From: Candidatus Daviesbacteria bacterium
GTDB lineage: Bacteria; Patescibacteriota; Microgenomatia; Daviesbacterales; UBA10151
Reading direction: 5' to 3'
DNA length: 64,000 nt
NCBI GenBank assembly: GCA_016187025.1
Contig: JACPKM010000001.1
Span: 171,188-235,187, forward strand
The notes beneath the pieces were generated by a model, which worked only from the letters and a program-made list of their open reading frames with translations, was not told where the DNA came from and ran no database searches. This document shows positions 29,708 through 38,539 of the stretch, in pieces; the first letter of the stretch is position 1; each line of letters starts with the position of its first letter. The position numbers were made by a program, and so were the translations under genes.

Positions 29708-30883
29708 AAACCCAAAAAGATATAATGGACGTATGTTTAAGGAACCATACAAAATATCATCTTGTACCTGGATACCAGACTTATTAGGTCCTCCTATTTC
29801 AAGAGTATGTCCATCAGTTAAGATATCACCCTTTTTTGAATAAAAGACTTTGTATCCTGAGTCCTCCAAGCTGGAAACAGCAAACAATTCCCTTACCGTA
29901 CCAATATGCACCTCTTTTCCTATAGTTTCATTTACTGCATAGAGTAAATTAGTATTATCAAGATATACTTTTTCTGCATTTCTTATAAGAGCATGCCCTG
30001 ACTTATCAATAAGCAAAAATCTCAAAATTCCTGTATCTCTTAAAATTTGCACGTATTCAGTTACTGTTGCATGGTCTTTCCCTAAACTGTGCGCTAGTTT
30101 ATTTATACTGATGCTTCCCGGTTCTGATGTAGCAAAAAAATAGACAATCTTTTTTAGTGCATCCAGATTTTCAGTTTTTAAGGCATAAAATGAGGTTATA
30201 TCTTCATAAATTGTTTTATCAATAACTCCAATAAGAGTATCTTTAAATGCCTCATAACTTGTAATAATATTTGAGGTGGGATAATAACCCCTTTTCCAGT
30301 ATTCATGAAGGTATCCAAGCAATTTTTCAGTAGCCCCGATTTTTTTGTCTATATGAGAGGTAGCCTCGAAAATTTCTTTAAGAGTTATAACCGGATATTT
30401 ATTTCCTGTTTTAAATTCTAGGTATTCCCTAAAAGAGAAACCATACATTTGTCTTAAGATTACCCGTCTTGAGAGGTCATACTTTCCTTTAATGAGATCT
30501 ATGCTTGAACTTCCGGAAAATAGTACTTTTAGGTTTGGATAGGAGTCAAATATGTTTTTTAACTCCTGATTCCAGTTTTTATATTTATGAACCTCATCAA
30601 TACAAAGTAATTCTCCCGCGTATAATTTCACAAACTGGTCAGCTGTCTCAAGGAGGGTGTGGTCAGTAAAATATAAATTATCCCCGGATATATATAACCC
30701 TTTCTCACTATCCCCGAAATGTTCCTTTAAATATTGAAGTAAAAAAGTAGTTTTTCCTACTCCCCGTGCACCAACAACGCCAATAAATCTGTTATTCATC
30801 TGGAAATCACTATAAAATTTCCGGTAATAAGCAGGTTTTACCTCTTCAAGCAGTCTTCTATAGATTTGTATTAAATTATCCAT
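29699..30883 (-). CDS. AAA_14 ATPase with DUF4143-like C-terminus
   Basis: GARGVGKTT, CIDEVHKY, FSGSSS, DLSRR, GFSFREY, KVYLDNTNL. Confidence 0.85.
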   Translation of the reverse strand: MDNLIQIYRRLLEEVKPAYYRKFYSDFQMNNRFIGVVGARGVGKTTFLLQYLKEHFGDSEKGLYISGDNLYFTDHTLLETADQFVKLYAGELLCIDEVHKYKNWNQELKNIFDSYPNLKVLFSGSSSIDLIKGKYDLSRRVILRQMYGFSFREYLEFKTGNKYPVITLKEIFEATSHIDKKIGATEKLLGYLHEYWKRGYYPTSNIITSYEAFKDTLIGVIDKTIYEDITSFYALKTENLDALKKIVYFFATSEPGSISINKLAHSLGKDHATVTEYVQILRDTGILRFLLIDKSGHALIRNAEKVYLDNTNLLYAVNETIGKEVHIGTVRELFAVSSLEDSGYKVFYSKKGDILTDGHTLEIGGPNKSGIQVQDDILYGSLNIRPLYLFGFLR

Positions 30884-30956
30884 ATTTTGGGTATGATCTA
30901 GTTTTATAGTAGATTATTTAGAGTATACCCTAAATTATTAAGCATGTCAAATGAAA

Positions 30957-30978
30957 GATATTAAGGTAATGTCACCTT
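30957..30978. repeat. 22-bp palindromic direct repeat, copy 1
   Basis: GATATTAAGGTAATGTCACCTT, identical to 33101-33122. Confidence 0.9.
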
Positions 30979-31024
30979 CCAGCCATACTTAGATTTCTGC
31001 TAAAATAAGGGGAGTAAAATGTTT

Positions 31025-32230
31025 TCACGCTTTGTAATACCATTCACCAGGTCTTGCAAAAGGAAAGTCAATATTACCAGCTGTATATTTTATGAATCTT
31101 TCAGTTTCCATTGATGCTGCATTATCAGCATATACAAAAGTCGGGCTCTTTACAGTTTGTAAATCATAAGTTAATTCTTCTAGCTTAAAAGCCAATGGTC
31201 TTTCATATCCAAGTACAGCCGTGGTTACTTCCATAAAATTCTCACCTCTACGAAGGTGGGCAACATCTTGAGGAGCAGCGCCATCTTGTATGGCAAGAGG
31301 AGTATAAGGTGTCAAATTGTATCTTTCGTTTACATCAACTCCTCTAAGCAGAATTTCTTGAGGAGTAAGCATAAAATCCCAACAACCCGTATCGAAAGCA
31401 ATTCTTCTTGCCTCTCTTACAGCTTCCCTCACATTAAAACCTCTGTCTTCTGTTAATCTTGCACTAGCAACAGCAAGTCCGATATTAAACTGTGGAGTTG
31501 TCATTTCTCCAAACATACATTTTTCCAAATCTTCTAGAAGTGATAATGAACTTTGCTGTTCTAAGATAGCAATCGGAACAATTTGTTCTATGGCTTCTTG
31601 AAGAGCAGCTTCCCTGGCTTGGATTTGTACAACTTGACCTTGAGGCAAAAAATGATAGGAATTTGAGGTTGCCTCAGGGTCTAATTCAGTAGTAACTCTT
31701 CCAGTCGCCGGGTCTAATTTGGTATGTCCACTAAGTCTCCTTCCTTTATCAGCTTCTTCAAAAGTGTAGGAATCTTTCTCAAGAATTAATCTGTCATTTA
31801 ATAAACCAACAGGAATATCAGGATCTAAGCGCCAAAAACCCTCATAAACAGTACTTCCTATAGCTTTATGTTCACGAGCAGACAATAGGTTGCCATTATG
31901 ACGAAAACCCTTACTATAAGCAACTGTTACGGCTTCTTCTATATATTGTCGGACTAATTGTCTTTGTGATGGGGGAAAGTAATTTAAAGCTACGAGTTCA
32001 CCAAAGTCTCTCCCTTTTAAATAGATTCCTCGGTAGGTTTGAGGGAATTTTCTTAAGGTGGCAGTTGTGTGATCAAGAACAGGTACCATTGCCTGGGAGG
32101 CGTAGTCTAACCAAAAGAGCCGCCGTCTATTATAGTCAGCATTATATTGATCATCCTCACCAATCTTCATTGTCCCCAGTTGTTCTAAGAGCCTAGGCCT
32201 TGGTTGATTTCCTTCTTGCAAAAATGACAT
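31025..32230 (-). CDS. Hypothetical protein
   Basis: About 400-aa ORF, no motif recognised; start placed at ATG 32230 (track start 32260). Confidence 0.7.
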   Translation of the reverse strand: MSFLQEGNQPRPRLLEQLGTMKIGEDDQYNADYNRRRLFWLDYASQAMVPVLDHTTATLRKFPQTYRGIYLKGRDFGELVALNYFPPSQRQLVRQYIEEAVTVAYSKGFRHNGNLLSAREHKAIGSTVYEGFWRLDPDIPVGLLNDRLILEKDSYTFEEADKGRRLSGHTKLDPATGRVTTELDPEATSNSYHFLPQGQVVQIQAREAALQEAIEQIVPIAILEQQSSLSLLEDLEKCMFGEMTTPQFNIGLAVASARLTEDRGFNVREAVREARRIAFDTGCWDFMLTPQEILLRGVDVNERYNLTPYTPLAIQDGAAPQDVAHLRRGENFMEVTTAVLGYERPLAFKLEELTYDLQTVKSPTFVYADNAASMETERFIKYTAGNIDFPFARPGEWYYKA

Positions 32231-32348
32231 TCTAACTTGTGATACTAGCATATAAAGCATGGATAGTAAAGCTATAAGCCTTAACGGCTCCTGAAACTAC
32301 TACACGGGAAAGTGCTTTCTGAGTCGTACATATTGCCAGACAATAATA

Positions 32349-32377
32349 TTGACAAATTTTGACCCACGCTGTATGAT
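32349..32377 (+). promoter_or_regulatory. Sigma70 promoter of the Phd-PIN operon
   Basis: TTGACA-17 bp-TATGAT, 6 nt before ATG 32384. Confidence 0.75.
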
Positions 32378-32383
32378 AAGTAC

Positions 32384-32665
32384 ATGTTAACAGTAAATAT
32401 AAGGGATTTATCCAGAAGCCCTAAGAGAATTCTTGAAGAGATTAAAAGAACTAAACAACCCAGACAGGTAGTCAGCCAAAGGAAACCTCAGGCAGTGATT
32501 GTGAGTCTAGAGGCTTTTAAGGATTTTGAAGAACTAAAAAGTAAGCAAAAACAGCAAGGGTCTGCTTTGGCACTACTAAAAATAGCCAAGATGGCAGATA
32601 AGCTAAAGGCTAAGGGCCCCAAAGATTTATCTGCTAACTTGGATAAATATACATGGGATGAGTAA
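32384..32665 (+). CDS. Phd/YefM family antitoxin
   Basis: TVNIRDLSRSPKRILEEI..PRQVVSQRKPQAVIVSLEAF; overlaps PIN gene. Confidence 0.85.
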   Translation: MLTVNIRDLSRSPKRILEEIKRTKQPRQVVSQRKPQAVIVSLEAFKDFEELKSKQKQQGSALALLKIAKMADKLKAKGPKDLSANLDKYTWDE

Positions 32666-33098
32666 ATCACCAATAGTTGTTGTTGATAGTGATGGAATAG
32701 TTGCTCAGGGTAATTTGGCTGATTCCAACCACGAGACGGCTGTAAAAATAGCTGAAAAACTAATAGAGATTCAAGCAAAAGTTATCTATCCTTCCTGTAT
32801 AATTTTTGAATCTACTACAACAATGTCCAGAAAATTAAATAATCCTCAAATGGCAGCTGGAACTTTATCAGTGTTTGCTGATCCGAACATGATAATTGAA
32901 CCAATTGGCCAGGATATTATCGCTGGAGCCGCCAAATACTTTGATCCTAATGCCACTAAAAAGAATACGCCATTTGACTGTGTTGTGGTAGCAGTAGCCG
33001 ATAAATACAAAGCAGACTATATTTTTAGTTTTGATGCTTTCTATGTTAAAAAATATGGGTTTAAATTAGCAAAGGACCTGTTGTCTGGTAAACGTTAG
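32658..33098 (+). CDS. PIN-domain (VapC) toxin
   Basis: VVVDSD, IIFES, TPFDCVV, IFSFD. Confidence 0.85.
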   Translation: MSKSPIVVVDSDGIVAQGNLADSNHETAVKIAEKLIEIQAKVIYPSCIIFESTTTMSRKLNNPQMAAGTLSVFADPNMIIEPIGQDIIAGAAKYFDPNATKKNTPFDCVVVAVADKYKADYIFSFDAFYVKKYGFKLAKDLLSGKR

Positions 33099-33100
33099 CG

Positions 33101-33122
33101 GATATTAAGGTAATGTCACCTT
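33101..33122. repeat. 22-bp palindromic direct repeat, copy 2
   Basis: GATATTAAGGTAATGTCACCTT, starts 3 bp after the PIN stop codon. Confidence 0.9.
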
Positions 33123-33128
33123 ATAACA

Positions 33129-33485
33129 CTACCCAATCCTGAATAAATTACGGACTCTTTGTAAAATCACCTTTTTAGTCTTGGTATTTAACTGCCCGGC
33201 AGTATCTTTAATAATAGATTCATCAGCTGTAAATAATTTATCCGGTCTGACATAACTTTCCACCGGTAAACCCCCGGTGGTAAAATCAGCTGTCTTAATC
33301 TGAATTGCTGTTTTGCTGGAATAAGGCTTTGAGGTAATTTGACACAAAATCAAATTCTCAAACTCTGCTTTTGCCAGAACCAAAGCTGGGCGGATTTTTT
33401 TACCCTTTAAATTTGAAAAGGGGAAGGTTACAAGAGCCACACTACCTACTCGTAGAGGAGCTTCGCTCACTGTAAACTTTTCCAT
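33129..33485 (-). CDS. MazF/PemK toxin
   Basis: VTFPFSNL..KIRPALVL..LCQITS..SYVRPDKLFT. Confidence 0.9.
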   Translation of the reverse strand: MEKFTVSEAPLRVGSVALVTFPFSNLKGKKIRPALVLAKAEFENLILCQITSKPYSSKTAIQIKTADFTTGGLPVESYVRPDKLFTADESIIKDTAGQLNTKTKKVILQRVRNLFRIG

Positions 33486-33706
33486 GCCTCATCTTCTTCC
33501 GGTTTATTCCAATCATCCCCCAGTATTTTCTCTGATAGTAGCAAAGTGTCTTTTGCAGAAACTTTTTTTACAGGGGCTGCCACAATTCTGATCTCTCCTT
33601 TTTTAACCTGTAATTCAACCTCACTGCCTAACCCGCTCTCATTAAGAAGTGGTTTGGGAATCCTAACTCCCCGTGAATTTCCAATAGAAATTAGTGTCGT
33701 GATCAT
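33467..33706 (-). CDS. MazE/AbrB antitoxin
   Basis: IGNSRGVRIPKPLL..DWNKPEEDEAW. Confidence 0.9.
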   Translation of the reverse strand: MITTLISIGNSRGVRIPKPLLNESGLGSEVELQVKKGEIRIVAAPVKKVSAKDTLLLSEKILGDDWNKPEEDEAWKSLQ

Positions 33707-33759
33707 ACGTAATTACATTGTACCTACAGATAAAGATTATGTCAAGTCTTACAGGCATG

Positions 33760-35877
33760 TTAAAAAGGATTCTTCCCAGGCCAGTTTGCTAGCATTATAC
33801 TTTTACCTTCATGGGGTAGTTTTTGCCAGAGTTCCTCGGTTATAAAAGGCATGAAGGGATGCAAAAGCTCTAAAGAAGTTCTGAAAATATATTCCAAAAC
33901 AGGTTGGGTTTCAGTCCTTCTATCTTTGCTTTGCTCAATATATTTATCTGCAAACTCATGCCAGATAAATTCATACAAAGCATCTGCACCGTCATGGAAC
34001 CTATACTGATCGATAGCTTTACCAACTGCCTCACCCGTCTTATTAAGCTTTGCCAAAATTTCCTGATCATTTGAATTAGATAAACTTTGTATAGCCGTAG
34101 CATTTTTGTCCAGGTGTTTAGCATCCTCAGGAGCAAATTCAATGATGAATCTGCCAATATTCCAAAGCTTATTAGTAAAATTTCTCATAGCTTGTAGTTT
34201 AGGATGAGAAAGAGCCTGGTCATGCCCAAAAGCTGTCCCATAAACCAAAGCCATCCTGGCAGCATCAGCCCCATATTGTTCCACAATCTCTATCGGGTTA
34301 ACCACATTCCCCTTAGATTTGCTCATCTTTTTACCCAAAGGATCCAAAACTTTTCCGTGCAGCACTATGTCTTTAAATGGTATTTTCCCTGTAGAATAAA
34401 TCCCAAGCATTACCATCCTGGCTACCCAAAAAAGCAAAATATCATACATAGTTTCTATTACAGAGGTTGGGTAAAATTTCTCAAAACCCCCTGGACGGCT
34501 TGCTTTGAGTGTTGCGAAGGGCCACTGGCCGGAGGAAAACCAGGTGTCAAACACATCCGGATCTCTTTCTAAGCTGACATTTTCGCAACTGGGGCACTTG
34601 TTAGGAGTTTCCCCCTCAGTCACGATCCACTTATCACAATTTTTACAAAACCAAGCCGGAATCTGCATTCCCCAAACAATCTGACGGGAGATATTCCAAT
34701 CTTTAATATTTTCCAGCCATCTAAAGTAAGTTGTTTCCCAGTTTTTGGGATAAATTTTAATCTTTTCCTCTTTAACAACCTCAATTGCCTTCTTTGCCAA
34801 ATCACCCACCTTAATAAACCACTGCTCTAAGGGTAAGGGTTCAATCTCAGTGCCGCATTTATAGCATACACCTACCCTGTTTTTATAACTTTCATCTATC
34901 TTCTCAATTAATCCCTTTTCCTGCATCTCTTTGGCGATTGCAGCACGGGCTTCTTTGACTCTCATACCGGCAAACTTACCAGCCTTTTCATTTAGCCTGC
35001 CGTCAAACCCAATTACCTGGCGTACTTCTAAGTTATGCCTTTTACCAATTTCAGAGTCCACCATGCTATGGGCAGGAGTTACCTTAACTACACCTGTTCC
35101 AAACTCCGGATCCACTGCTTCATCAGAAATAACCTTTATTTTAGCTGGGCCAAGTACTGTCTCTATATCTAACTCTTTGCCAATATATTGCTGGTAGCGG
35201 GTATCTCTAGGATGCACTGCTACGGCAGTATCCCCAAATTTAGTTTCAAGCCTAACTGTTGCCAAAATTAAGGGTCCGTATTTGATGTAATATAGCGGGG
35301 TAGTCCTATCTTCATATAAAACCTCCAAATCAGAAAAACTGGTGCCGTGTTTGGTGCAATAGTTTACAATCCTGGTGCCCCGGTAGATTAAACCGTCATC
35401 AAACATCTTTTTAAATGTTTTATAAACAATTTTTATAATGTCCGGATCTAAAGTAAATTTCATTCTTGACCAGTCAACAGAAAAGCCCATCTTGCGGAGC
35501 TGGCCTTCCATGGTGCCTTTATTATCCTGGACAAAATCCCAGATCATCTGGTATAGGGTTTCCCTATCATAGTCAAAACGGGATTTACCCTCCTTTTCTA
35601 ACTGTTTTTCAAAAACTACCTGGGTTTCAAAGCCGGCATGGTCAGAGCCAGGCAGCCAGAGGGTAGAATCGCCTAGCATTCTATGGTATCTGATTAAGAT
35701 ATCTTCCACTACATACATGGCATGGCCAAAATGGAGGGGAGCATTAGCATTAGGTGGAGGTAAAATTATGGTGTAGGGTTTGCCATCTGGATTCACCTCA
35801 GGTTTAAAAAATCCTGATTCCTCCCAGAATTTGTACCATTTCTCTTCAGTTTTTGTTTGATCGTATACTTTATCCAT
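33760..35877 (-). CDS. valS: Valine--tRNA ligase (short form without C-terminal coiled coil)
   Basis: PPPNANAPLHFGHA, DHAG, DWNISRQIVWG, DTWFSS, KMSKS, LHPFMPFITEELW. Confidence 0.95.
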   Translation of the reverse strand: MDKVYDQTKTEEKWYKFWEESGFFKPEVNPDGKPYTIILPPPNANAPLHFGHAMYVVEDILIRYHRMLGDSTLWLPGSDHAGFETQVVFEKQLEKEGKSRFDYDRETLYQMIWDFVQDNKGTMEGQLRKMGFSVDWSRMKFTLDPDIIKIVYKTFKKMFDDGLIYRGTRIVNYCTKHGTSFSDLEVLYEDRTTPLYYIKYGPLILATVRLETKFGDTAVAVHPRDTRYQQYIGKELDIETVLGPAKIKVISDEAVDPEFGTGVVKVTPAHSMVDSEIGKRHNLEVRQVIGFDGRLNEKAGKFAGMRVKEARAAIAKEMQEKGLIEKIDESYKNRVGVCYKCGTEIEPLPLEQWFIKVGDLAKKAIEVVKEEKIKIYPKNWETTYFRWLENIKDWNISRQIVWGMQIPAWFCKNCDKWIVTEGETPNKCPSCENVSLERDPDVFDTWFSSGQWPFATLKASRPGGFEKFYPTSVIETMYDILLFWVARMVMLGIYSTGKIPFKDIVLHGKVLDPLGKKMSKSKGNVVNPIEIVEQYGADAARMALVYGTAFGHDQALSHPKLQAMRNFTNKLWNIGRFIIEFAPEDAKHLDKNATAIQSLSNSNDQEILAKLNKTGEAVGKAIDQYRFHDGADALYEFIWHEFADKYIEQSKDRRTETQPVLEYIFRTSLELLHPFMPFITEELWQKLPHEGKSIMLANWPGKNPF

Positions 35878-36451
35878 ACAATACTGCTTCCCTTTTAAGT
35901 CGCCTTTTCATAGCAGCTGTTGCTCTGGCAAACCTTTTTTTGCTTGAGTTGACAGTAATTTTTAGCGCCTGCGCAATTTCCGGGTGACTAAAACCATAAA
36001 AACGTCCTGCAACTACTGCTTGTTGCTCGGGTGTTAAATTACCAACCAAACCTGCTACCTCTTCATTATATAAAAAAATATTTTCAGGATTACCCCTTGG
36101 ATCACTGGGAAGAATTGGGATTTCATCACCCCCATAGGTTATATAAACAGTTTTGGCATCACGTCTAGCTGCTCTTTGAGAGCGAAAGAAGTCAATTATG
36201 TCATTACCCACGATTCTATTAATCCAACCATTAACACTTGCAGCTGTGACTGTTCCACTTCTTGTTAAAGCGTGCATATAAGCATCTTGAACTATATCTT
36301 CAGCTGCCTCCGGACTAAGTAAAGATCTTCGGGTAACACCTTTTACTATTACCTCAAAGCGGGTTTGATAGTGCCCAGCAATAATATCATTACGATCTGA
36401 GGCACGCAGAGGTGTTCTTATATCTGTACCATTTAATGTTTCTATAGTCAT
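35870..36451 (-). CDS. ECF-type sigma-70 factor
   Basis: Region 2 AEDIVQDAY..WINRIVGNDIIDFFR; region 4 LTPEQQAVV..GFSHPEIAQALKITVNSSKKRFARA; overlaps valS start by 8 bp. Confidence 0.8.
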   Translation of the reverse strand: MTIETLNGTDIRTPLRASDRNDIIAGHYQTRFEVIVKGVTRRSLLSPEAAEDIVQDAYMHALTRSGTVTAASVNGWINRIVGNDIIDFFRSQRAARRDAKTVYITYGGDEIPILPSDPRGNPENIFLYNEEVAGLVGNLTPEQQAVVAGRFYGFSHPEIAQALKITVNSSKKRFARATAAMKRRLKREAVLYG

Positions 36452-36465
36452 AGAATTATTTTACC

Positions 36466-36505
36466 AAAAAAAACACGCCAATCCCTTCTGTTGGGACGAG
36501 CGTGT
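36466..36505 (-). terminator. Intrinsic terminator of the T-box leader
   Basis: ACACGCTCGTCCC-AACAGAA-GGGATTGGCGTG followed by T8 on the minus strand. Confidence 0.8.
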
Positions 36506-36645
36506 CCTTCGATTTCACTCAGGATTATAACCCATGGTACCACCCAAATTACTTCTTGATTACTGCTGTTACGGGCTTACCCGGAGGGTTCTAAGTTTTT
36601 CTTCCCTCAGCTTCTTGAGTGACGTTAATCTCAAGTCAAACGCTT
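36466..36645 (-). ncRNA. T-box riboswitch, Val (GUC specifier), ultrashort Stem I
   Basis: T-box GGGTGGTACC (36545-36536), antiterminator 3' CGTCCC, Stem I CTTGAG-ATTAAC[GTC]A-CTCAAG, Stem II GAGGG..CCCTC, Stem IIA CGGG-TAAG-CCCG; valS downstream. Confidence 0.85.
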
Positions 36646-36652
36646 TGTAAAA

Positions 36653-36681
36653 AGTATAAGCTGAAGATAGTAAAAAATCAA
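36653..36681 (-). promoter_or_regulatory. Sigma70 promoter for the T-box leader
   Basis: TTGATT-17 bp-TATACT on the minus strand. Confidence 0.7.
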
Positions 36682-36687
36682 GTTAAA

Positions 36688-37347
36688 CTAGGGGGTAATC
36701 ATTAACATCGGGTTTATAAGTTTTCTACTCATAGGAAATTTTCGATCACGGGCACCTGCAACCATGCTATAAACATCTACTTCAGATTCTCTTACTGCTG
36801 TAATTACCGGTTGTGTAAATAAGCTCCATGCTATAAGCAACCTTTGATTTTCTTTATCTCCTATAATACAGCGAACCATTCTTCTGGGAAATGCTAAGGT
36901 GGCAAGGTTCATAGTAATCCTGTAGGTTTCTGCCTGTAGCTGTGGCCCAGAAACTAATCTTAATTCATCACTGCAAGCAACGGGTTTAAACTCATTTCCA
37001 AGTTGAGTTCCCCATAACTCTACATATGATAATCCTTTGAACTGTTCAGTTAAGGTGGGAGGGGTTACCAACTTCCGTGTTGGTAATAAAGTATTTCCCA
37101 GCGGCCTATCAACTTTAATACAATCCGGGGTGCATTTATATTCGATAGCTACTGTGGTTACACCCGGGTTGAAAACCTCATTATATATAAAGCCCTCGCC
37201 CCTCCTCTGTAGGGATATTAAAACAATCCGGTCATTACGGTCAGATAGTCGGACGAGATGGTCAAAAGACTGCGGAGCAACCTTATGGCCGTTTACCCAA
37301 ACTCTAGTTTCAGGTTGAAGATAGATACTACGCTTTAAAAGCTCCAT
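36688..37347 (-). CDS. Hypothetical protein
   Basis: 219-aa ORF, no motif recognised. Confidence 0.6.
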   Translation of the reverse strand: MELLKRSIYLQPETRVWVNGHKVAPQSFDHLVRLSDRNDRIVLISLQRRGEGFIYNEVFNPGVTTVAIEYKCTPDCIKVDRPLGNTLLPTRKLVTPPTLTEQFKGLSYVELWGTQLGNEFKPVACSDELRLVSGPQLQAETYRITMNLATLAFPRRMVRCIIGDKENQRLLIAWSLFTQPVITAVRESEVDVYSMVAGARDRKFPMSRKLINPMLMITP

Positions 37348-37401
37348 AAAAGAAAGCCCACTTGAGGGTAGGCTATTGTGGCGATTGTATTGCGGCTACT
37401 T

Positions 37402-38412
37402 TTATCTGTCAATAGCCAAGGATAGGTTTGGATTGGCTTGAAGGGTTAATATATCTGGTGTAGGTTTTTGGTAATATGCTGCAGCGGCAATCATGGCTGC
37501 ATTGTCTGTACATAAATAGGGTGGTGGAACGTGTAGTTTCACTTTTAACTTTTCACTTTTAACTTTTAACTTGCGAACCAGTTCCTGGTTCGCCGCTACC
37601 CCTCCTGCAACAATAATTTGTTCAACTTCATACTTTTGGGCTGCTTTGACAGTCTTTATAACTAGGGAATCTATGATAGCAGCTTCCAAAGAAGCAGCCA
37701 GATCTTCTTTTTTGGCCCTAAGATCTTCTTTTAAGATGTTTGCAAAAGCGGTTTTGAGTCCTGAAAAAGAAAAGTCCAGATTTTTAGAATTCAGCATTGG
37801 CCGTGGAAAATTGAAAGCTTTAGGATCTCCTTTTTGGGCAAGTTTAGCAATTTGCGGGCCTCCGGGATAAGGGTATCCCAAAAGTCTGGCGCATTTATCA
37901 AAACACTCTCCTGCGGCATCATCCCTGGTTCCTCCTAAATACTCATATTTGCCATGCGAAGTAAACAAAACTAAATCAGTATGCCCTCCTGAGACCAGCA
38001 GGCCAAGGCAGGGAAATTTTGGCGAACTATTCCCAATCCAATTTGCATAAAAATGTCCTATTAAATGGTTTACAGGAATTAAAGGTTTGTTCCAAATATA
38101 AGCTAGAGTTTTGGCAGTTTCTACTCCAACAAGCAGAGAACCAATCAGTCCTGGTCCATATGTGACTGCTATTGCGTTGATATCCTGTCCCCTGTAACCT
38201 GAAACCTGTAAACTTTCCTGTATCACTGGAATAATAGATTTTAGCTGTTCCCTGGCTGCTTGCTCGGGAATCACACCACCATATTTTGCCTGTAAATCAG
38301 CTGATGAAGCCACTACATTGGATAAAATAGTTATCCGGTTATTTTCCTGTCTCAGGACCGCCGCGGCAGTCTCATCACAGGAAGTCTCTATCCCTAAAAT
38401 TGTTTTGTACAT
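37402..38412 (-). CDS. tsaD: tRNA threonylcarbamoyltransferase TsaD
   Basis: ILGIETSCDETAAA, GPGLIGSL, VNHLIGH, LLVSGGHT, DDAAGECFDK, CTDNAAMI; true start ATG 38412. Confidence 0.96.
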   Translation of the reverse strand: MYKTILGIETSCDETAAAVLRQENNRITILSNVVASSADLQAKYGGVIPEQAAREQLKSIIPVIQESLQVSGYRGQDINAIAVTYGPGLIGSLLVGVETAKTLAYIWNKPLIPVNHLIGHFYANWIGNSSPKFPCLGLLVSGGHTDLVLFTSHGKYEYLGGTRDDAAGECFDKCARLLGYPYPGGPQIAKLAQKGDPKAFNFPRPMLNSKNLDFSFSGLKTAFANILKEDLRAKKEDLAASLEAAIIDSLVIKTVKAAQKYEVEQIIVAGGVAANQELVRKLKVKSEKLKVKLHVPPPYLCTDNAAMIAAAAYYQKPTPDILTLQANPNLSLAIDR

Positions 38413-38454
38413 AAGCTGAATTTTAACAGATTTAGGGGGGAGAGTTACATTGTT

Positions 38455-38518
38455 CCCCAGGTGACGGTAGATAACCCTAAACTTTCCCCCCACCCGGGAG
38501 GTGAATTAGCTTGGCATC
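38455..38518. repeat. REP-like CACCYGGGAGGTG repeat, copy 1 (with inverted partial unit)
   Basis: CCCACCCGGGAGGTGAATTAGCTTGGCATC at 38489-38518; inverted CCCCAGGTG at 38455-38463. Confidence 0.75.
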
Positions 38519-38539
38519 ACAAATACTGTAATGAATTGA

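Noticed and set aside
38413-38493. N-terminal extension of TsaD given by the ORF track
   Set aside because: It runs through the repeat; the conserved N-terminus and a -10-like TAAAAT support ATG 38412
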